Assembly: GCA_965248355.1 (NCBI GenBank)
Contig: OZ252098.1
Span: 448,001 to 512,000 of the forward strand
DNA: 64,000 bases
DNA from: Candidatus Latescibacterota bacterium
GTDB lineage: Bacteria; Latescibacterota; UBA2968; UBA8231
Reading direction: 5' to 3'
Shown: in pieces, positions 49,999 through 60,429 of the stretch
Layout: each line of letters begins with the position of its first letter
Position numbering within the stretch: position 1 is the first letter of the stretch
Notes under the pieces: generated by a model
Databases searched by the model: none
Told to the model about the DNA's origin: nothing
What the model saw: the letters and a program-made list of their open reading frames with translations, nothing else
Program-made: the position numbers and the translations under genes

Positions 49999-52095
49999 GT
50001 GACCCCGAGCAGGACTATCGCCAGGATGCTCCGTGCATTGCCGGTGATGGCCGTGGCCTGTGGCAGCGCGGTCACCGCCGACGATCATCTCGTCGATCTG
50101 GACCGGTGGCGAACTGCGATTCACTACCGGAACACCTTCGCCGCCGCAGGGGCCCGCCCCGGCACGCTGTACGTCGCCGCCGTGGACAGTTTCCAGGTCT
50201 GGTTCAATGGGGCGCCGGTGGGCGAGGACGCCGCAGCCCGCCGCGCCGCCGCGATCCCGGTCGAGCTGGTCAACGGCGGTAACCACATCGCCGTCAGGGT
50301 TGTGAACCACGGCCTTGGAGAGGGACACGGCATGGTGGCTCTCGTCGCCGCAGATACGCTGGTGGGCGTACATACCACGACGGACCGCAGCATCCAAAGC
50401 TGGTACTGGAGCGCGGCGCCCCAGGATGGCCCCGACTGGACCACCGAAGAAGCGGAGGATCTCGAGTGGAGCCTGGTCCAGAATGGCACCTTCGACCTGG
50501 CAGGTGTGGAGGGCCTGCCCGCCGGGGCAAGGGCCGCCGTGGCCGGCTTCCCTGGCGGGATCGACGCCGGCCATCCCGAAGGAGGCCTGCGGCTGAAGCA
50601 GATCGACGGCCAGAACCTGGCCGTCGGCACGCCGGCCAACCGCATCGAGGTCGTCGATGGCGATCTGAACACCTCCTGGGATCCCCCGGTCAACGCCCTG
50701 AACTTCACCGCCAGCCTGGACCTGCAGGTGAGGCGCAACATCCACACCCTGCGCGCCCTGACGCGGCCTGGCCGCAGCGCACAGGACTTGGAGGCCAACT
50801 CCCTCCGCGGCTATTCGGTGCACATCAGCGACGATCAGATCCGCTGGTCGGAGGTCGGCGTGCTGCGGGGCATCACCGAGTTCGCCAGCACCGAGGTGAC
50901 GTTCCTGCCCACCTGGACCCGTTACATCCGCCTGGTCATCATGGAGATCAATGCCATCACCCAGCCCCGGGTGGCGGAAGTAGAGGTCTACGGATCCGGT
51001 CACACTGACCGCGGAGCCTTCGTCTCCGAGCCACTGGACTTCGGACTGACCGACACGGCCAGGAACTTCGGCCGCCTGTGGTGGCAGGCCGACGTGCCGG
51101 AACGCACCCAACTGTCGGTGCAATTCCGGAGCGGTCATACGCAGGAGGATTTCAGCGACGCGGAGGCGGGCTGGAGCCGGGCCTTCAGCGGCCACGGAGA
51201 CACCCTCTGGTTTCCCTCGGCGGAGCCGGCCCGCCTGCTGCAGTATCGTGTCAGCATGTCGACGCGCGACGACACCCGGACGCCCCTCTTTCGCCAGCTT
51301 GTCATCGAGAGTTCCCAGGATCTGGCCGTCACCGAGGCGCGGGCACACGTCAGTCCGAAGACGGCGCGTATCGGCGCAGATACGACGTTTCAGTATACCC
51401 TGGACCTGAGCTTTGGCGAAGGGGCCCAGGGCGTGGAGCGTCTGGCCATCGAGGTCCCGAGCCAGGCCGAGTTACTGACGGTTTCCGGCCTGGGCCCTCG
51501 ATCCGTGAGTACCTGGTCATCGACGCAGCGCAGCCTGCAACTGGAATTCGACGAGCCCTTGCGGGAGGATACCCAACTGGTCATCTCCTTCCGCACCAAG
51601 ACCTTCGCCACGGCCCACAGCTTCCGCTCCGCCCTGTTCTCACCGGGCTCGGAGAACCCCCTCAACCTGCAAGAGAACACGAGTGTCGACGAGGAGACGG
51701 GGGAGGCCCTCTCCTGGCACTTGCTGGCCATCCTGGCTCCCCAGGAGGTCCTGTCCCGCGTGCGGCCCAATCCCCCGGCCTTCTCCCCGAATGGCGACGG
51801 GATCAACGACTTCACGGTGATCGAGATGGTGCTGTCCAAGGTCGACATCCCCGCGCCGGTAAAGGTCGAGATCCATGACCTCTCGGGCCGCCGCGTAGCG
51901 AGTCTGGGCGAGGCGGGGCTGACGGCAGGCACCTACTTCTCGGATGCCTTCACCGGCCCCGGGAGTCCGGGGTACTGGGACGGACGCGACGGAGCGGGCG
52001 CGCTGGTGCCCCCGGGCCTGTATCTCTACCGCGTGGAGGTGCAGCTCGACACGGGTGACGAAGTCTCGGTGGGAACCGTGGCCGTCGCCTACTGA
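49999..52095 (+). CDS. Secreted protein with discoidin/F5-8-like domain and FlgD-Ig / gliding-motility-CTD-like tail
   Basis: Signal peptide, VVDGDLNTSW...LDL...Y.V.ISDD..RW...RYIRL...VAEVEVYG, tail PNPPAFSPNGDGINDF...WDGRD..G.LVPPGLYLY. Confidence 0.8.
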   Translation: MTPSRTIARMLRALPVMAVACGSAVTADDHLVDLDRWRTAIHYRNTFAAAGARPGTLYVAAVDSFQVWFNGAPVGEDAAARRAAAIPVELVNGGNHIAVRVVNHGLGEGHGMVALVAADTLVGVHTTTDRSIQSWYWSAAPQDGPDWTTEEAEDLEWSLVQNGTFDLAGVEGLPAGARAAVAGFPGGIDAGHPEGGLRLKQIDGQNLAVGTPANRIEVVDGDLNTSWDPPVNALNFTASLDLQVRRNIHTLRALTRPGRSAQDLEANSLRGYSVHISDDQIRWSEVGVLRGITEFASTEVTFLPTWTRYIRLVIMEINAITQPRVAEVEVYGSGHTDRGAFVSEPLDFGLTDTARNFGRLWWQADVPERTQLSVQFRSGHTQEDFSDAEAGWSRAFSGHGDTLWFPSAEPARLLQYRVSMSTRDDTRTPLFRQLVIESSQDLAVTEARAHVSPKTARIGADTTFQYTLDLSFGEGAQGVERLAIEVPSQAELLTVSGLGPRSVSTWSSTQRSLQLEFDEPLREDTQLVISFRTKTFATAHSFRSALFSPGSENPLNLQENTSVDEETGEALSWHLLAILAPQEVLSRVRPNPPAFSPNGDGINDFTVIEMVLSKVDIPAPVKVEIHDLSGRRVASLGEAGLTAGTYFSDAFTGPGSPGYWDGRDGAGALVPPGLYLYRVEVQLDTGDEVSVGTVAVAY

Positions 52096-52110
52096 TCGCC
52101 GGCGATTGGG

Positions 52111-54825
52111 ATGATCGGCATGACTCCCACGCCGGGCAGGGGGCGCTGCCGGCAGGCCGTGAGGGCCGGCCTGGGAGCCCTCATGGGGCTGCTGGCCGCA
52201 GCCGGCGATTCCGGGGGGCAGTCCCTCGACCGGGACATCGAGTGGGGATACCAGCAGTTCCTGACGCGCGAGTACCGGCCCTTCTGGGACGAGCGCTACG
52301 AGAATCTGTCCTTCCTCAGCTACCGGAACTTCCCCATTCGAGGGGAACAACCCAGGTACGATCCTTTCGGGCTGTACCTGCTGGACGGCAGCGAGATCCT
52401 GCGCATCGAGGAGTACCGGACCTTGGATCCGGGCAACAGTTCCCGGATCCCCACAGGCCCCAGTTTCGGACAGTTTCGGAACCTGGTGATCATGCGCGAC
52501 CACTACGGCAGCTGGTCGACGCGGCTGATGCTCGGACAGCGCCTGAAGGCACACCTGTCACCCCTGGCGCACGCCCGGGCCACCTTCGACGGCATCCGCT
52601 GGGACGCATCCTCTCATCGCAACATGATCTCCATCCTCACATCTCGCGTTTCCCACCGGCCCGCAACAGCTCCCCGGGCCACCCCTTTCGGAACCTACCT
52701 CTACGGGGGGCGATGGCAGAGCCAGCTGGGGGATATCGCCACCTTCGGGGCGACCTACGCCGACGTCCACCTGCGCGACACCTCGCAGAGAAAGGGGGAT
52801 TTTCGCGGTGTCTTTCCGAAGGATCTGAACCCGGCGGACTCCTACTTCGTGATCGTCAGTGACGACAGTCCCGAGGACGGTGTCGGGCCGCTGGTGTACG
52901 CCGTCGAGATGTGGTCTCAGGGGAGGCGGATGGAGGCCCAGGCCGAGGTGCGCTGGGTCCTGGGTGCGGCTCGCTCCGATGACGTGGCCCACATCCGCAG
53001 GAACGGGTCCTGGGCCGTCCTGTCCATGGAGGCCGACCGGTTGTTGAAGCCGGTACAGCCGGGAAGGGGACGTTTCTACAGCAGCGGCATCCCCGCTGTG
53101 GTCGATGGCCGGGGCACGGAGGTGGCCGGTACCGACCTGCTCGTAATTCGATTTGACGCGCCGCCCGAGACGGAGGATTTGCACTTCCGGGTGTTGGCTT
53201 CGGGTGACTACAACCTCGACCTGGGCGCCTCCTACGTGCTGGCGGGGGTGCCAGACCGATCCTGGTCCGACTGGCACAACGTGACCCGGGCCCCGGGCAA
53301 CGTGCGCGACGGATCCAACCTTGGCTGGGTGGATCTCTACTACGGCTTTCCCACGGGCCTGGCGAATCTCGGCGCCGATATCGAGATCGACCTGTGGGAT
53401 GTGGAGGTGAAAGGCGAGTACGTCCGCAACACCTCGAACTACCAGCTCCCGATATTCGGCGATCATTCCCGGCGGCGCACGGCGGCGTGGTACCTCAAGG
53501 GCGTGCGCCGCATGGGCGAAGGCTGGCGGCTGGGCGGCGAGATTCACCACATGCCGTCCGACTACGTCAACTCTCTGCCCATGTGGTCGCACAGCACCCG
53601 CAAGGTCCTGGCCTACCACATGGTAGAGGACAACGACGACCGCGACGAGTGGCCGGACGAGTACGAACACTGGGATCCCTTGCACCCCACCTACGTCACC
53701 AACAAGCGGAACAACGTCGACGTGGACGCGGCCCTGTCCGAGGTCAGCCGCGACTACGGCTTCGGGGGGGACTTCACCTACGGCGTGTACCCGGGTCTCG
53801 ACGCGGACCAGGACGGGGAGCCGGACACCAACGTCAACCGGAACGAGTTCGCCGACTACGTGGAGCCTTTCCTGATGTACTACGTGGAGCCGGACGAGTT
53901 CGTCTACGGAGATGACTTCAACAACAACGGCGTCGTGGACCCCCGCGAGAACGACAACCGCCCCGACTATCCCTATCCGCTCGATTCGGATGGCTACCAC
54001 GTCTTCGGCAGCTTCCTGGGCGGAGCGGGCCGGGTCCAGGCCCGCATCGGCCGTTACGAGTTGCACCAGGCGGCCGGCGACGGCCGTAACGAGGTCTCCT
54101 ATGCCGAGGCCCGTTACCGGTGGCGGAGTCCGCGCTCCGGCAGCCTCGATCTGCGTGGCCGCCTTCGACGGGTGAAGGACGACATCCCCGACCCCACTTA
54201 CATCACGATCGTGGAACCCCTGTCGGCGACCAACCGGGCCACGGCGATCCATCTCGACCGGTTGCTGACGCGGAACAGCCTGGTCAACACCGTCTACGCC
54301 GGGTCCGTGTACGATGGTGTAGCCGGCCTGACCGTGGTAAACGCCACCAAGCTGGACGTCAATCGCCGCCTGGATGACCGGCGAGGCATGGGAAAGACCA
54401 TCACGGACTGGACGTGGGTCAGCAAGGCGGACTACGCCTGGGGTTTCTCCGAGCACCTGACTTTCACTCCCATGGCCAAGCTGCTGGTGCAGCGCCTCGA
54501 CGGCCCCGGCGACCTGATCGCCGACCGGCACACGTGGGAGTGGTTTCCGATCCTGCGCCTCGACCTTTCCTTCAGCCAGTCCACGGGAATCCGCACCGGC
54601 GTGCAGGGGTTTCCCTTCAAGCACCTCTACCGCCACGCCGAATCCAGGTCCTCCAACTTCGACGCCCGCCACTACGTGGTCACCTTCCACACCCGGCGGA
54701 GTTACACCGGCTACAACGCCAGCATCAATGTCGGCTTGCGCCGCAGCCGTGAGGAACTGACAAACCTGCAGGCCGGGAGCGTGCGGGACTTCACCCAGTT
54801 CTTCGTCCAGGCGCGGATCCTCTGA
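52111..54825 (+). CDS. Large predicted outer-membrane protein, paralog 1 of 3 (unknown family)
   Basis: Signal peptide, alternating aromatic beta-strand pattern, acidic DNDD/DxDxDG/NNNG module, shares motifs with the next two genes. Confidence 0.75.
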   Translation: MIGMTPTPGRGRCRQAVRAGLGALMGLLAAAGDSGGQSLDRDIEWGYQQFLTREYRPFWDERYENLSFLSYRNFPIRGEQPRYDPFGLYLLDGSEILRIEEYRTLDPGNSSRIPTGPSFGQFRNLVIMRDHYGSWSTRLMLGQRLKAHLSPLAHARATFDGIRWDASSHRNMISILTSRVSHRPATAPRATPFGTYLYGGRWQSQLGDIATFGATYADVHLRDTSQRKGDFRGVFPKDLNPADSYFVIVSDDSPEDGVGPLVYAVEMWSQGRRMEAQAEVRWVLGAARSDDVAHIRRNGSWAVLSMEADRLLKPVQPGRGRFYSSGIPAVVDGRGTEVAGTDLLVIRFDAPPETEDLHFRVLASGDYNLDLGASYVLAGVPDRSWSDWHNVTRAPGNVRDGSNLGWVDLYYGFPTGLANLGADIEIDLWDVEVKGEYVRNTSNYQLPIFGDHSRRRTAAWYLKGVRRMGEGWRLGGEIHHMPSDYVNSLPMWSHSTRKVLAYHMVEDNDDRDEWPDEYEHWDPLHPTYVTNKRNNVDVDAALSEVSRDYGFGGDFTYGVYPGLDADQDGEPDTNVNRNEFADYVEPFLMYYVEPDEFVYGDDFNNNGVVDPRENDNRPDYPYPLDSDGYHVFGSFLGGAGRVQARIGRYELHQAAGDGRNEVSYAEARYRWRSPRSGSLDLRGRLRRVKDDIPDPTYITIVEPLSATNRATAIHLDRLLTRNSLVNTVYAGSVYDGVAGLTVVNATKLDVNRRLDDRRGMGKTITDWTWVSKADYAWGFSEHLTFTPMAKLLVQRLDGPGDLIADRHTWEWFPILRLDLSFSQSTGIRTGVQGFPFKHLYRHAESRSSNFDARHYVVTFHTRRSYTGYNASINVGLRRSREELTNLQAGSVRDFTQFFVQARIL

Positions 54826-57554
54826 TGGCCATCGGTCGGACAAAGCGCGCGGCCTCCCTCGTCCTGCTGCTGACGCTGGCGGCGGATCCGCCTTCCCCGG
54901 CGACGGCCCAGATGCTGTGGGACAACGAGGAGTGGCGCTACGTCAACTACGCTCGACAGGGATACCGGCCCTATACCGGCGGCGTCTGGTCCGAGTTGCG
55001 CAAGCCCGCTTTCGACGAGCTCGGCAACTACCTGATGCAGGGGGTCCAGGTCTTTCGCACCGAGGAAGCGCGTGAGAACGATCCCCTGGCGGGCAGCCTG
55101 GTGGACGAGTCGGTGGAGTACCGCATCAATCTCAACCGCCTCGTCATCGGACACGACTCCTACGGGGACCGGTCGAGCCGGCTCATGGTGGGGGACTTCA
55201 TCCGCACGAAGTTCAGCGCCTTGACCCTCGACCTGGCCTCCCTGAACGGCGTGCGTTGGGATATCGACCTGAACCCCACCCAGGTCACCCTCGTGTCGTC
55301 GCGTATGGACTGGCCCATCTTTCCCTCGGGGAGGCTGCTGGCGCGGACCGACCGCGACAACGAGGCGCACCGGGAGCGTCGTTGGTCGACCTACCTGCTC
55401 GGCGGCCACGTGGGGCGCCGATTCGGCGCCTTGAACCTGGGCTTCAACTACGTGAACCTGCACCGCACCGACAGCCTGGTCGACTGGGGGGACAACAACA
55501 TCCGCGGCGTGCTCCCCTCGGCCGTCAACCGCCCGCCGGCCTGGATTGCCGTGCGGGTCAATGACGGATCCGACGAGGACGAGCAGGGGGCCCGGGTCCA
55601 TGAGATGCGGATCAAGAACCCCGAATTGGCCCACGTGGTGGCGGATGTGACCCTGCACGACACGGAGGTGATAGACCAGTCCTATCCGAATGGCGACCAG
55701 TTCTTTCCCCAGGGACGCCGTATCCCCCCGTACGTGCAGTTCCTGAAGGGAGAGTTCCCGCCCGCCCAGCGCCGCGCGGAAGGGTATCACCAGGCCGACG
55801 GGACGAAGTATCTCATCTTCTGGTTCCAGATCCCCCACGAGCTCCGGGACACGATCTCGGAGGTCGAATTCGAAGCCCTGGTATCCGACGACTACGACAT
55901 CGAGCTGTCGGAGGTCTTCCTCCCCATCAGCCGCGAGACCTCGAGCAACCCGTCCATCAGCGGCGAGCGGGCGACCTACTACTACTCCGTGGCTGGATCC
56001 AGGGGCAACGTCAGGGATCAGTCGAATCTGGAGTGGATCGAGTTCTCCTACGGCCGCCAGACAGGACGCACCACCGCCAGCGTGCGCATGGAGTACGAGC
56101 GTCCCGGCTTCGAGCTCACGGCGGAGCTGGCCGGCACGTGGGACTTCCGCCAGCATTCGTCCACTGCGGGCCGAAAGGCGTGGCAGGCGACCCGTGCCCA
56201 GGGCTGGTTCGCCAACTTCGAGAAGCACTTGGCGGGCCTGGTGGTCGGCGGCGAGCTGTTCCGCATGGACCCGCTGTACAGCACCCTGGTGTCGGCGGAG
56301 GACCCCGAGTACTCGAGCTACTCCGACGATCTCAACAGCCCCTTCGGGATCCCTCACTCCTTTCCCATCGACCGCAACAACACGGTCGATATGGATACCG
56401 TCGACGACAACGACGACAAGGACCTGGCTCCCGACTTCCACTTCCTTCCCCACTTGCAGGATGCCAGCGTGCTTCCGGGCCGGGATCTCGACCTCGACGG
56501 TCGAATCGACGACAACCAGAATGGCAACGGCATCCCCGACTACCTGGAGCCGTTCTTCCTCTATCACTCCGATCCCGCCGAGTTCGTATACGGCGACGAT
56601 CTCAACAACAACAACATCATCGACCACCGCGAAGACGACCGTGCGCCCGACTATCCGTACGACGTCGATCTGGAGGGCTACCACCTCTTCGTCGATCTCG
56701 ATCCGCTTCGTGACCTGCGCATGCGTCTTGGGCGCTTCCGCACCGAGGAGATCTGGGGCGGAGGCGGCAACGACGTGAACTATGCCCGGGTGGACTACGA
56801 GCGCACCTTCTTTCCCTTTGGCAAGGTGTTGCTCACGAATTACCTGAAGAAGGTGCGCGACGACATCGAGAACGATGCCCCCTTCCTGTCCGTGTTCGCA
56901 CCGAACCAGCTGCCGCTGCAGCCGGGGACCGGGGTCGGCTCCTTGCTGAACGTGCAGGTGGCGGACGAGTTGTGGATGCGCGACAGCCTGGTGAACACCA
57001 GCTACCTCGATGCCACCCTCTTCCGCTTCGCCAACCTCAATATCAACAACCGCCTCAAATACCAGTCGAACTGGCAGCGCGAGACCCCCTTCCAGCCCGC
57101 CAACCGGCTGGCGGAGTGGTCCTGGGTCCTGCGGGCGGAATACGCCTGGCGCCTGCGGGGCCTCACGGTCCGGCCGCGTCTGAAATACATGGTCTACCGG
57201 CGATCGGACCGGGAGGCGCGGCGCTACCCGGTGTCCGAGCGCTATTTCTATCCCATGCTCATGGCCAGCTACGCTCTCACGGACCAGACGACGATCTCCG
57301 GCGGCGCCCAGGGGATCCCCTTCCTGGAGGCCCGCTTCCGTGACCTCACCCATCCGGATACGGACTGGAACTCGCGGGACTACATCATCTCCCTCACCAA
57401 CCGCACCACCTACCAGGGCCAGCAGCTGAGCCTCAACATGGGCTGGCACCTGCAGGTGGTCGAGTTCCAGGAGAAGGCGCGGCGTGACGAGGGCGTGGAC
57501 CGCTCCTTGTTCTTCCTGCGCCTGATTCTCGGCGCCGAGCCTTTCAAGGGGTGA
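54825..57554 (+). CDS. Large predicted outer-membrane protein, paralog 2 of 3 (unknown family)
   Basis: TGATG coupling, signal peptide ending ATA-Q, same motif order as paralogs 1 and 3. Confidence 0.75.
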   Translation: MAIGRTKRAASLVLLLTLAADPPSPATAQMLWDNEEWRYVNYARQGYRPYTGGVWSELRKPAFDELGNYLMQGVQVFRTEEARENDPLAGSLVDESVEYRINLNRLVIGHDSYGDRSSRLMVGDFIRTKFSALTLDLASLNGVRWDIDLNPTQVTLVSSRMDWPIFPSGRLLARTDRDNEAHRERRWSTYLLGGHVGRRFGALNLGFNYVNLHRTDSLVDWGDNNIRGVLPSAVNRPPAWIAVRVNDGSDEDEQGARVHEMRIKNPELAHVVADVTLHDTEVIDQSYPNGDQFFPQGRRIPPYVQFLKGEFPPAQRRAEGYHQADGTKYLIFWFQIPHELRDTISEVEFEALVSDDYDIELSEVFLPISRETSSNPSISGERATYYYSVAGSRGNVRDQSNLEWIEFSYGRQTGRTTASVRMEYERPGFELTAELAGTWDFRQHSSTAGRKAWQATRAQGWFANFEKHLAGLVVGGELFRMDPLYSTLVSAEDPEYSSYSDDLNSPFGIPHSFPIDRNNTVDMDTVDDNDDKDLAPDFHFLPHLQDASVLPGRDLDLDGRIDDNQNGNGIPDYLEPFFLYHSDPAEFVYGDDLNNNNIIDHREDDRAPDYPYDVDLEGYHLFVDLDPLRDLRMRLGRFRTEEIWGGGGNDVNYARVDYERTFFPFGKVLLTNYLKKVRDDIENDAPFLSVFAPNQLPLQPGTGVGSLLNVQVADELWMRDSLVNTSYLDATLFRFANLNINNRLKYQSNWQRETPFQPANRLAEWSWVLRAEYAWRLRGLTVRPRLKYMVYRRSDREARRYPVSERYFYPMLMASYALTDQTTISGGAQGIPFLEARFRDLTHPDTDWNSRDYIISLTNRTTYQGQQLSLNMGWHLQVVEFQEKARRDEGVDRSLFFLRLILGAEPFKG

Positions 57555-60421
57555 GTCCGGTGAGGCGGTTCCACATTCTGGCCCTGCTCCTGGCAGCGAC
57601 GGCCGTCTGGGGGCAGCGGGACCAACCGGGGGGTGACACGCCCTGGCTGGACAAGGAGGAGGACCCGCCGGATCGACTGGGCGTCACCCGCGTGGTGCCC
57701 GGCGAGGAGTTCCTGTACCGGGCCTGGGCGGACTACGAGAACTACGGCATCCGCGACTTCCAGCTTCCAGAGACCTCCTGGCAGGCCCGCCGCAACCACT
57801 ACGGCCCCATGGGGAACTTCCTCCTCAACGGCTACGATTCCTACCGGTGGCTGGAAACGCGGGCCAACTCGAGCCGCGGCGACGCGCCCAACAGCACCTT
57901 GTCGAAGTCGAACATGGGCATCTTCCAGCAGAACCTGGTGGCCCGGGAATCGCACAAGGGCTGGGCGACGGCGCTGATCCTGGGCGAGGAGATGCGCACG
58001 AAGTTCACCCCTCTCACGCTGAGCCTGGCGGGCATCAACGGCGTGCGCCTCGACGCGCAGCGCCAGTTCCCGCAGTGGTCGACCCGGTTCACGGCCCTGG
58101 CCTCGCGCTGGAGCGCCCCCGTGTGGACGGGGAACGTTACGGGCGAGCAGCAGGACACGCGCCGTACCCTCTCCATGCTCATGGCCGCCCACTCCGACGT
58201 CCAGGTAGGCCGCCTCGTCACCGGCGGCACGGTGATCAACTATCACAACGCCGACGCATACCAGGAGTCCTTCAACCTCAAAGGCCAGCTCCAGTCCGGC
58301 CAGGTCAAGCCGAGCTTCGTCGTGGTCAAGTTCTCCGACGACTCGCCTTTCGACGAGGAGGGCGGCGCCGTGATCAATGACGTCTTCCTCGTCGTCGACG
58401 GCGTCGAGCGCCACGACCTGCAGCCGACCTACGTGCGCGTCAACTCCAGGAATCCCACGGCACTCGGGCGCTTCAACCGGCTCACGGGTCAGTTCAACCG
58501 CACCATTTACAACGACGGCGGGATCCGGTTCGCCGACTACTTCTATCGCCTCGACCAACTCTCCGGGCAGGAGGTGAGCAACGTCAACCTCGAGGAGTTG
58601 GAGCGCTTCATCCAGGTCGTGCCGCCCACGGCCCGCCTGGAGGCGAGCGGCGACTGGGTCATCCTGGCCTGGTTCGATCTCCGGGCCGAGCCGTCGGTGC
58701 GCTCCGTCGAGGTGCGGGCCCTGGTGGGAAACGACTACCGCATCGACGTGGTCGGGCTCTTCGACGACGATCCGCGGCAACGGACCTACGAGGGCCGCTG
58801 GTCGGCGGGAGGCATCGAGGGGCAGGCGAGGGCCAAGGGCAACGTGCAGGACCTGTCCAACCTCGGCTGGGTCAGCATCGACGCCGGAGCCTGGACGGGA
58901 CGCTACGTGCTCGGCTGGAACGGCTCCTGGGAAGGACGGGATGGCCGGATCCGCTGGGAGTACGCCCGCAGCCTCGACTACTTCCGGTATCCCGACGGAC
59001 CTCCGGGACACCGCCAGCCCAAGGAGATCACGGGTGTCCGGATCTGGAAAGGGGAGGTGAGCAGGCACACGGAGCACGCCTACTACGTGACCGCCGAGTG
59101 GGGGCGCGGTCTGTGGGAAGCCGGTGCCGAGGCGTTCTCGCTGCCCGACCGCTTCAACCGCCACCTGCCCACCACCTCCACCTTCGCCCTGGCCCGTACC
59201 GATGGCTTCGTGGAGGACAACGACGACAACGACAGCTGGCCCGACGCCGGCCCGGGAGACCGGCCCCGGCACTTCGGAGACAAGTCCTCCGACCCGGACG
59301 GGGTCTTTCCCGGCAAGGACGAGGACAACGACGGCATTCCCGACACCAACCGCAATCAGAACGACCTGCCCGACTACGAGGAAGCCTTCCTTCTGTTCTA
59401 CGTGGAACCCGACGAGTACGTCTACGGCCGCGACTGGAACCACAACGGCGTCGCGGATGAGCGCGAGGACGACCTCGAGCCCGACTTCCCGTACCAGCTC
59501 GGTCAGGCGGGCGCCCACGTGTACGGCCGCCTGAACCTGAGGAGCCGCTGGCTTCCCGGGGTGTTGACCCTCGGCCTCGGCCGTCTCGACGCCGAGGGCA
59601 TCGCCAACGGAGGACGAAACGAGAGCGACTACGGTCAGCTCATCTGGAGGGCCGGGGTCCCCGGCGTGGCACAGGTTCGCTTTGAGACCCTTCTCGAACG
59701 GGTCCACGACGACGTGGCGAATCCGTACTACCGCCTCGACGAGATCCTCGGCGAGCCCCTTGGCAGCGGCGGCTTCACCTTTGCCGGCGCCACGGCCTAC
59801 CACCGCGTCGTCGTGCGCGATCCCCTGGAGTGGCGCAACAGCACCGAGCGCCAGCACTACCTGCAGTGCGAGTTGCAGCCCCTGCCCGGGCTGAGGCTGT
59901 GGGGCAACCTGCGCCATTCCCTCAACGAGCAGAAGGGCGGCGTCCTCATCGAGGGCCGCGACCTGGGGCCGGACGAGATCAGCCTGTGGACCTCGGTCAT
60001 CAAGGCCGAGTACGTCTGGGAGCCGACCCGAAGCTGGCAGATTTTCGGCCAGGCCAAGGGCCTGCTCCTGCGCGAGGACCGGGTCAGTGTGGCCACGGAC
60101 CTGCAGGACCAGCGCACCTTCGTGCCCATCGTCAAGGGCCGCTATGCCCTGACGCCGCGCACCGACCTGTGGCTCGGGGTGCAGGGCCTGCCCGGGCTGC
60201 CCCTCGTGGTGAGGGACCGGGCGGACGGGTTCAACTCCCGCGAGGAACGGGTCTGGGTGGCGCAGCTGACGAACAAGTCTCCGTACCTCGGCTACGACAC
60301 CGCCATGACCCTCGGCGTCAAGAGCGTCGATCGCGACTACCAGGATCCGACGCGGGAGCTGGAGGACATGCAGGTCCTCTCGATCTTCCTGCGCATCCTG
60401 CTGGGCTACACCATCGACTGA
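57551..60421 (+). CDS. Large predicted outer-membrane protein, paralog 3 of 3 (unknown family)
   Basis: GTGA coupling, signal peptide ending VWG-Q, same motif order as paralogs 1 and 2. Confidence 0.75.
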   Translation: MSPVRRFHILALLLAATAVWGQRDQPGGDTPWLDKEEDPPDRLGVTRVVPGEEFLYRAWADYENYGIRDFQLPETSWQARRNHYGPMGNFLLNGYDSYRWLETRANSSRGDAPNSTLSKSNMGIFQQNLVARESHKGWATALILGEEMRTKFTPLTLSLAGINGVRLDAQRQFPQWSTRFTALASRWSAPVWTGNVTGEQQDTRRTLSMLMAAHSDVQVGRLVTGGTVINYHNADAYQESFNLKGQLQSGQVKPSFVVVKFSDDSPFDEEGGAVINDVFLVVDGVERHDLQPTYVRVNSRNPTALGRFNRLTGQFNRTIYNDGGIRFADYFYRLDQLSGQEVSNVNLEELERFIQVVPPTARLEASGDWVILAWFDLRAEPSVRSVEVRALVGNDYRIDVVGLFDDDPRQRTYEGRWSAGGIEGQARAKGNVQDLSNLGWVSIDAGAWTGRYVLGWNGSWEGRDGRIRWEYARSLDYFRYPDGPPGHRQPKEITGVRIWKGEVSRHTEHAYYVTAEWGRGLWEAGAEAFSLPDRFNRHLPTTSTFALARTDGFVEDNDDNDSWPDAGPGDRPRHFGDKSSDPDGVFPGKDEDNDGIPDTNRNQNDLPDYEEAFLLFYVEPDEYVYGRDWNHNGVADEREDDLEPDFPYQLGQAGAHVYGRLNLRSRWLPGVLTLGLGRLDAEGIANGGRNESDYGQLIWRAGVPGVAQVRFETLLERVHDDVANPYYRLDEILGEPLGSGGFTFAGATAYHRVVVRDPLEWRNSTERQHYLQCELQPLPGLRLWGNLRHSLNEQKGGVLIEGRDLGPDEISLWTSVIKAEYVWEPTRSWQIFGQAKGLLLREDRVSVATDLQDQRTFVPIVKGRYALTPRTDLWLGVQGLPGLPLVVRDRADGFNSREERVWVAQLTNKSPYLGYDTAMTLGVKSVDRDYQDPTRELEDMQVLSIFLRILLGYTID

Positions 60422-60429
60422 GAAGGATC

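Noticed and set aside
54711-59917. Very long antisense ORFs (e.g. 54711..57449, 57410..59917; also 31088..33742 and 34239..36893)
   Set aside because: They are shadow frames opposite well-supported genes, expected at this GC content, and contain no recognisable motifs.
52111-60421. Calling the three large proteins TonB-dependent receptors, SprA or BamA
   Set aside because: No TonB box/plug motif, POTRA domains or terminal Phe signal is visible, and they are much shorter than SprA.
59830-60429. N-terminal 200-aa extension of the TPR protein given in the ORF track
   Set aside because: It overlaps the preceding gene and is Arg/Pro/Gly-rich noise. An RBS and hydrophobic N-terminus support the ATG at 60430.
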